Origin: Antedon mediterranea
Lineage: Eukaryota; Animalia; Echinodermata
Assembly: GCF_964355755.1 (NCBI RefSeq)
Contig: NC_092674.1
Span: 20,770,001 to 20,834,000, forward strand
DNA length: 64,000 nucleotides
Reading direction: 5' to 3'
Shown here: piece by piece, positions 61,726 to 64,000 of the stretch
Layout of the letters: every line of letters begins with the position of its first letter
Position numbering within the stretch: the stretch's first letter is position 1
Made by a program: the position numbers and the translations under genes
The notes under the pieces: model-generated
Seen by the model: only the letters and a program-made list of their open reading frames with translations
Databases searched by the model: none
What the model was told of the DNA's origin: nothing

Positions 61726-61954
61726 TTGTAAACCTACTTTTAGTGCGATATCATGAACTCAATAATTATACTTACCCTCAATAATAATTACCTATTATAA
61801 ACTTTATTAACCATAGTCTGAAAAAGAATATATTACAATTAGGTTAGTATTTAGTAACATTATGTAATAAAAACATAGATATAGTTATAATGTACAAGAT
61901 TGTAATTGTGTTTAACTAATGTTATGTGGAGTAGCTTTGCGTCAGGGAGTTGAG

Positions 61955-62109
61955 TAATTGGTCAGATGTTTTGCCCTACTCCGACGTAATTTGTACTTTA
62001 TACTAAGTACATTGAGAACACTTGCAGAACAAATTTAAATTGGCAAAGTGTTCTCAATGTACTTCGTATAGAAATTACATCAGAGTAGGCCAAAACTTCT
62101 GACCAATTA
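61955..62109. repeat. ~155-bp imperfect palindrome (hairpin MITE-like)
   Basis: TAATTGGTCAGA...AAGTACATTGAGAACACTT pairs with AAGTGTTCTCAATGTACTT...TCTGACCAATTA. Confidence 0.8.
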
Positions 62110-62899
62110 TAATGTACAACCAATTTACAGTATTAATACTATTTTTTTTTTTAAATATTGGTCTATTGTTTTTATTTATTTACAATTTTTAAACTATTAA
62201 ATATTGTATGTACAGTATAACATTGAGGAATGGCAAATTCTGCTATGACTTTAAATGTACATGTACTGCATATAAACACATTGTTAGGTAGTAGTAGAGT
62301 AATTGTGGGTTTCAACTATTACATTTTCGCGAAGCTTTCACATTCCATTTTTATTTTACCTTTCTTTTAAAATGTTCAATAAATGGAAGATTAAATTAAA
62401 CTTTTTAATATTTATTATTAATATTTTTCCATTTTCAGTGCACTTTTGTCAAAATAAATTATAAATACAAAGTTCAGCAAAATACAATAATAGTTGAATA
62501 TGTCTAATATTAGAAATATTTAAATATCGGTCAATTTTCAATACTTTGGTTGCTTCAGTTAAAAGTACGAGAGGATATTATTTGTTAAAATACTAAAATA
62601 TTTGCTTTTATTTAAATTTGTTCACTTTCAACCAACCTCTTCTGTAAGTTTTTAATATTTACAAAGTAAAAGTTATGTATGAGTCATGAAGACCTGAAGA
62701 TAGCAAAATTTCTGATTCTGAAGTTACATTTTTAGGTATTTGTGTCTAATATTTGTATTTTATTTTGACTGCAACATTACAGCTTTGTGATGTACTGTTA
62801 TCAACATTTCTACTCACCTCGATACAATATATTTTGTTGTTTCCCTCGTTTGTTTTTTTTTATTTCTTGTTTCTTTTGTTGTCAAATCCCATATTTCCA

Positions 62900-64000
62900 T
62901 TTCATTTTTTCAAATTATACATCATTTTTTATTCTTTTCGGTAATGTCCATATTTTAGGTAGGCTTCTGAAATCTTGTAGCATATAATTCAGAGTACATG
63001 GACAATGTTTCTTTTTCACCTTTTATATATTTTGCTTGCTGACGTCCATATTTTTTCAAAATTTATTGCAGGTTTTACTTCAATTTCTACAGTTTTGTGG
63101 AATATATTTTTACTGATGATTGTACACAAATTCAGTTTATATTTCAGTATTTCATTAATACAACCACCTGATATTTAACTACAAAGCATTTTTATACTTA
63201 GACTTGTACACAATCAATATTGTTGTTAAGCTGCCTTTCATTATGGACACTTGCTTTTTTCTTTCATCGTTTATTTACTGTAATTTGCTTGCTTGAAGTA
63301 TATATTTCAGTATATTTTTACACAAACACTGTAACCACCTACAAAGTTTGTTATGGTTAGTTTGCATCGCTGTTTGTCATAGAAAATATGATCTACAGTA
63401 GGTTTAAGAGTCTTTCATCCAACAATCATAGACTCTATATTATTTTTACTTTTATTTCAATCTTTATCATGTTTTTGAAATTGCTTGCTTACATCCAATT
63501 ATTGATTGCCGGTTTTACAGTGTTGTATATGCAATATTTTTTTTTTTATGCATTGATTTATGAAACATTTTACAAGTAACTCATGATTGTAAACAAATTA
63601 TTACATTATACAACCACCTGTAGCTACCCACATTCGTAAACAATTGGTATTGTTGCTCAGCAGTCATACATTATATGGATACTATTCCATTTCCTTTATC
63701 TGTTTTAAAAATATAATTTGCTTCCTCTCTTGACGTCCATGTTCTCAAAATCTAATGAAGGTTTTACAGTGTTGTATACTCATTCGTCTTTCTTTTCTCG
63801 ACATTGATTTGTGAAATATTTTACCAACCTACTCATGATTGTAAACAAATTAAGTTTACCAAAATAAACATATGGTACAGTATTTCAGTATTCATTTAAT
63901 ACTTGAATCAACTGTAAAATGCAACCAACTACAACGTTTGCAATGGTTAGTTGCTAGTACACAGTTGGTATTGTTGATTAGTAATCATTTGTAATCAAGG
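62900..64000. repeat. Degenerate repeat region
   Basis: Recurrent blocks TTGCTTGCT, GACGTCCAT, GGTTTTACAGTGTTGTATA, CATGATTGTAAACAAATTA and ACAACCACCTG. Confidence 0.5.

Noticed and set aside
59100-61784. Long ORFs (856, 753, 673 aa) and a CRISPR-like repeat length
   Set aside because: These are head-to-tail satellite units with no unique spacers and no cas genes. The ORFs arise only because the unit lacks stop codons.

Overview
AT-rich, intron-containing animal DNA, most likely a marine invertebrate; no prokaryotic genes or CRISPR array. One large minus-strand host gene (~3.5-39 kb, ~19 exons, ~2,400 aa) encodes a mosaic protein: signal peptide, EMI, EGF/cbEGF x8, sushi x2, EGF, a long unannotated region with a Cys-tipped coiled coil, Ig x2, an ephrin-receptor-like Cys repeat and a possible TM segment. 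Its introns hold layered mobile DNA. The highlight is an apparently intact 8.6-kb AcademH-type DNA transposon (9022-17618; 9-bp TSD GGTGACCGC; TAG...CTA ends). It carries a convergent 8-exon transposase gene and 3-exon RecQ-like helicase gene, and its ends are mirror-image hairpin structures rather than ordinary TIRs. It is nested in a TIR element with a 7-bp TSD. A full-length Gmr1-type Gypsy LTR retrotransposon (integrase before RT) lies in another intron. Upstream are three paralogous signal-peptide exons, a recent 7.25-kb tandem duplication (RTE LINE plus three nested MITEs; one copy later gained a Helentron-like insertion) and a 32-bp satellite. Exon models were read by eye and lack transcript support.
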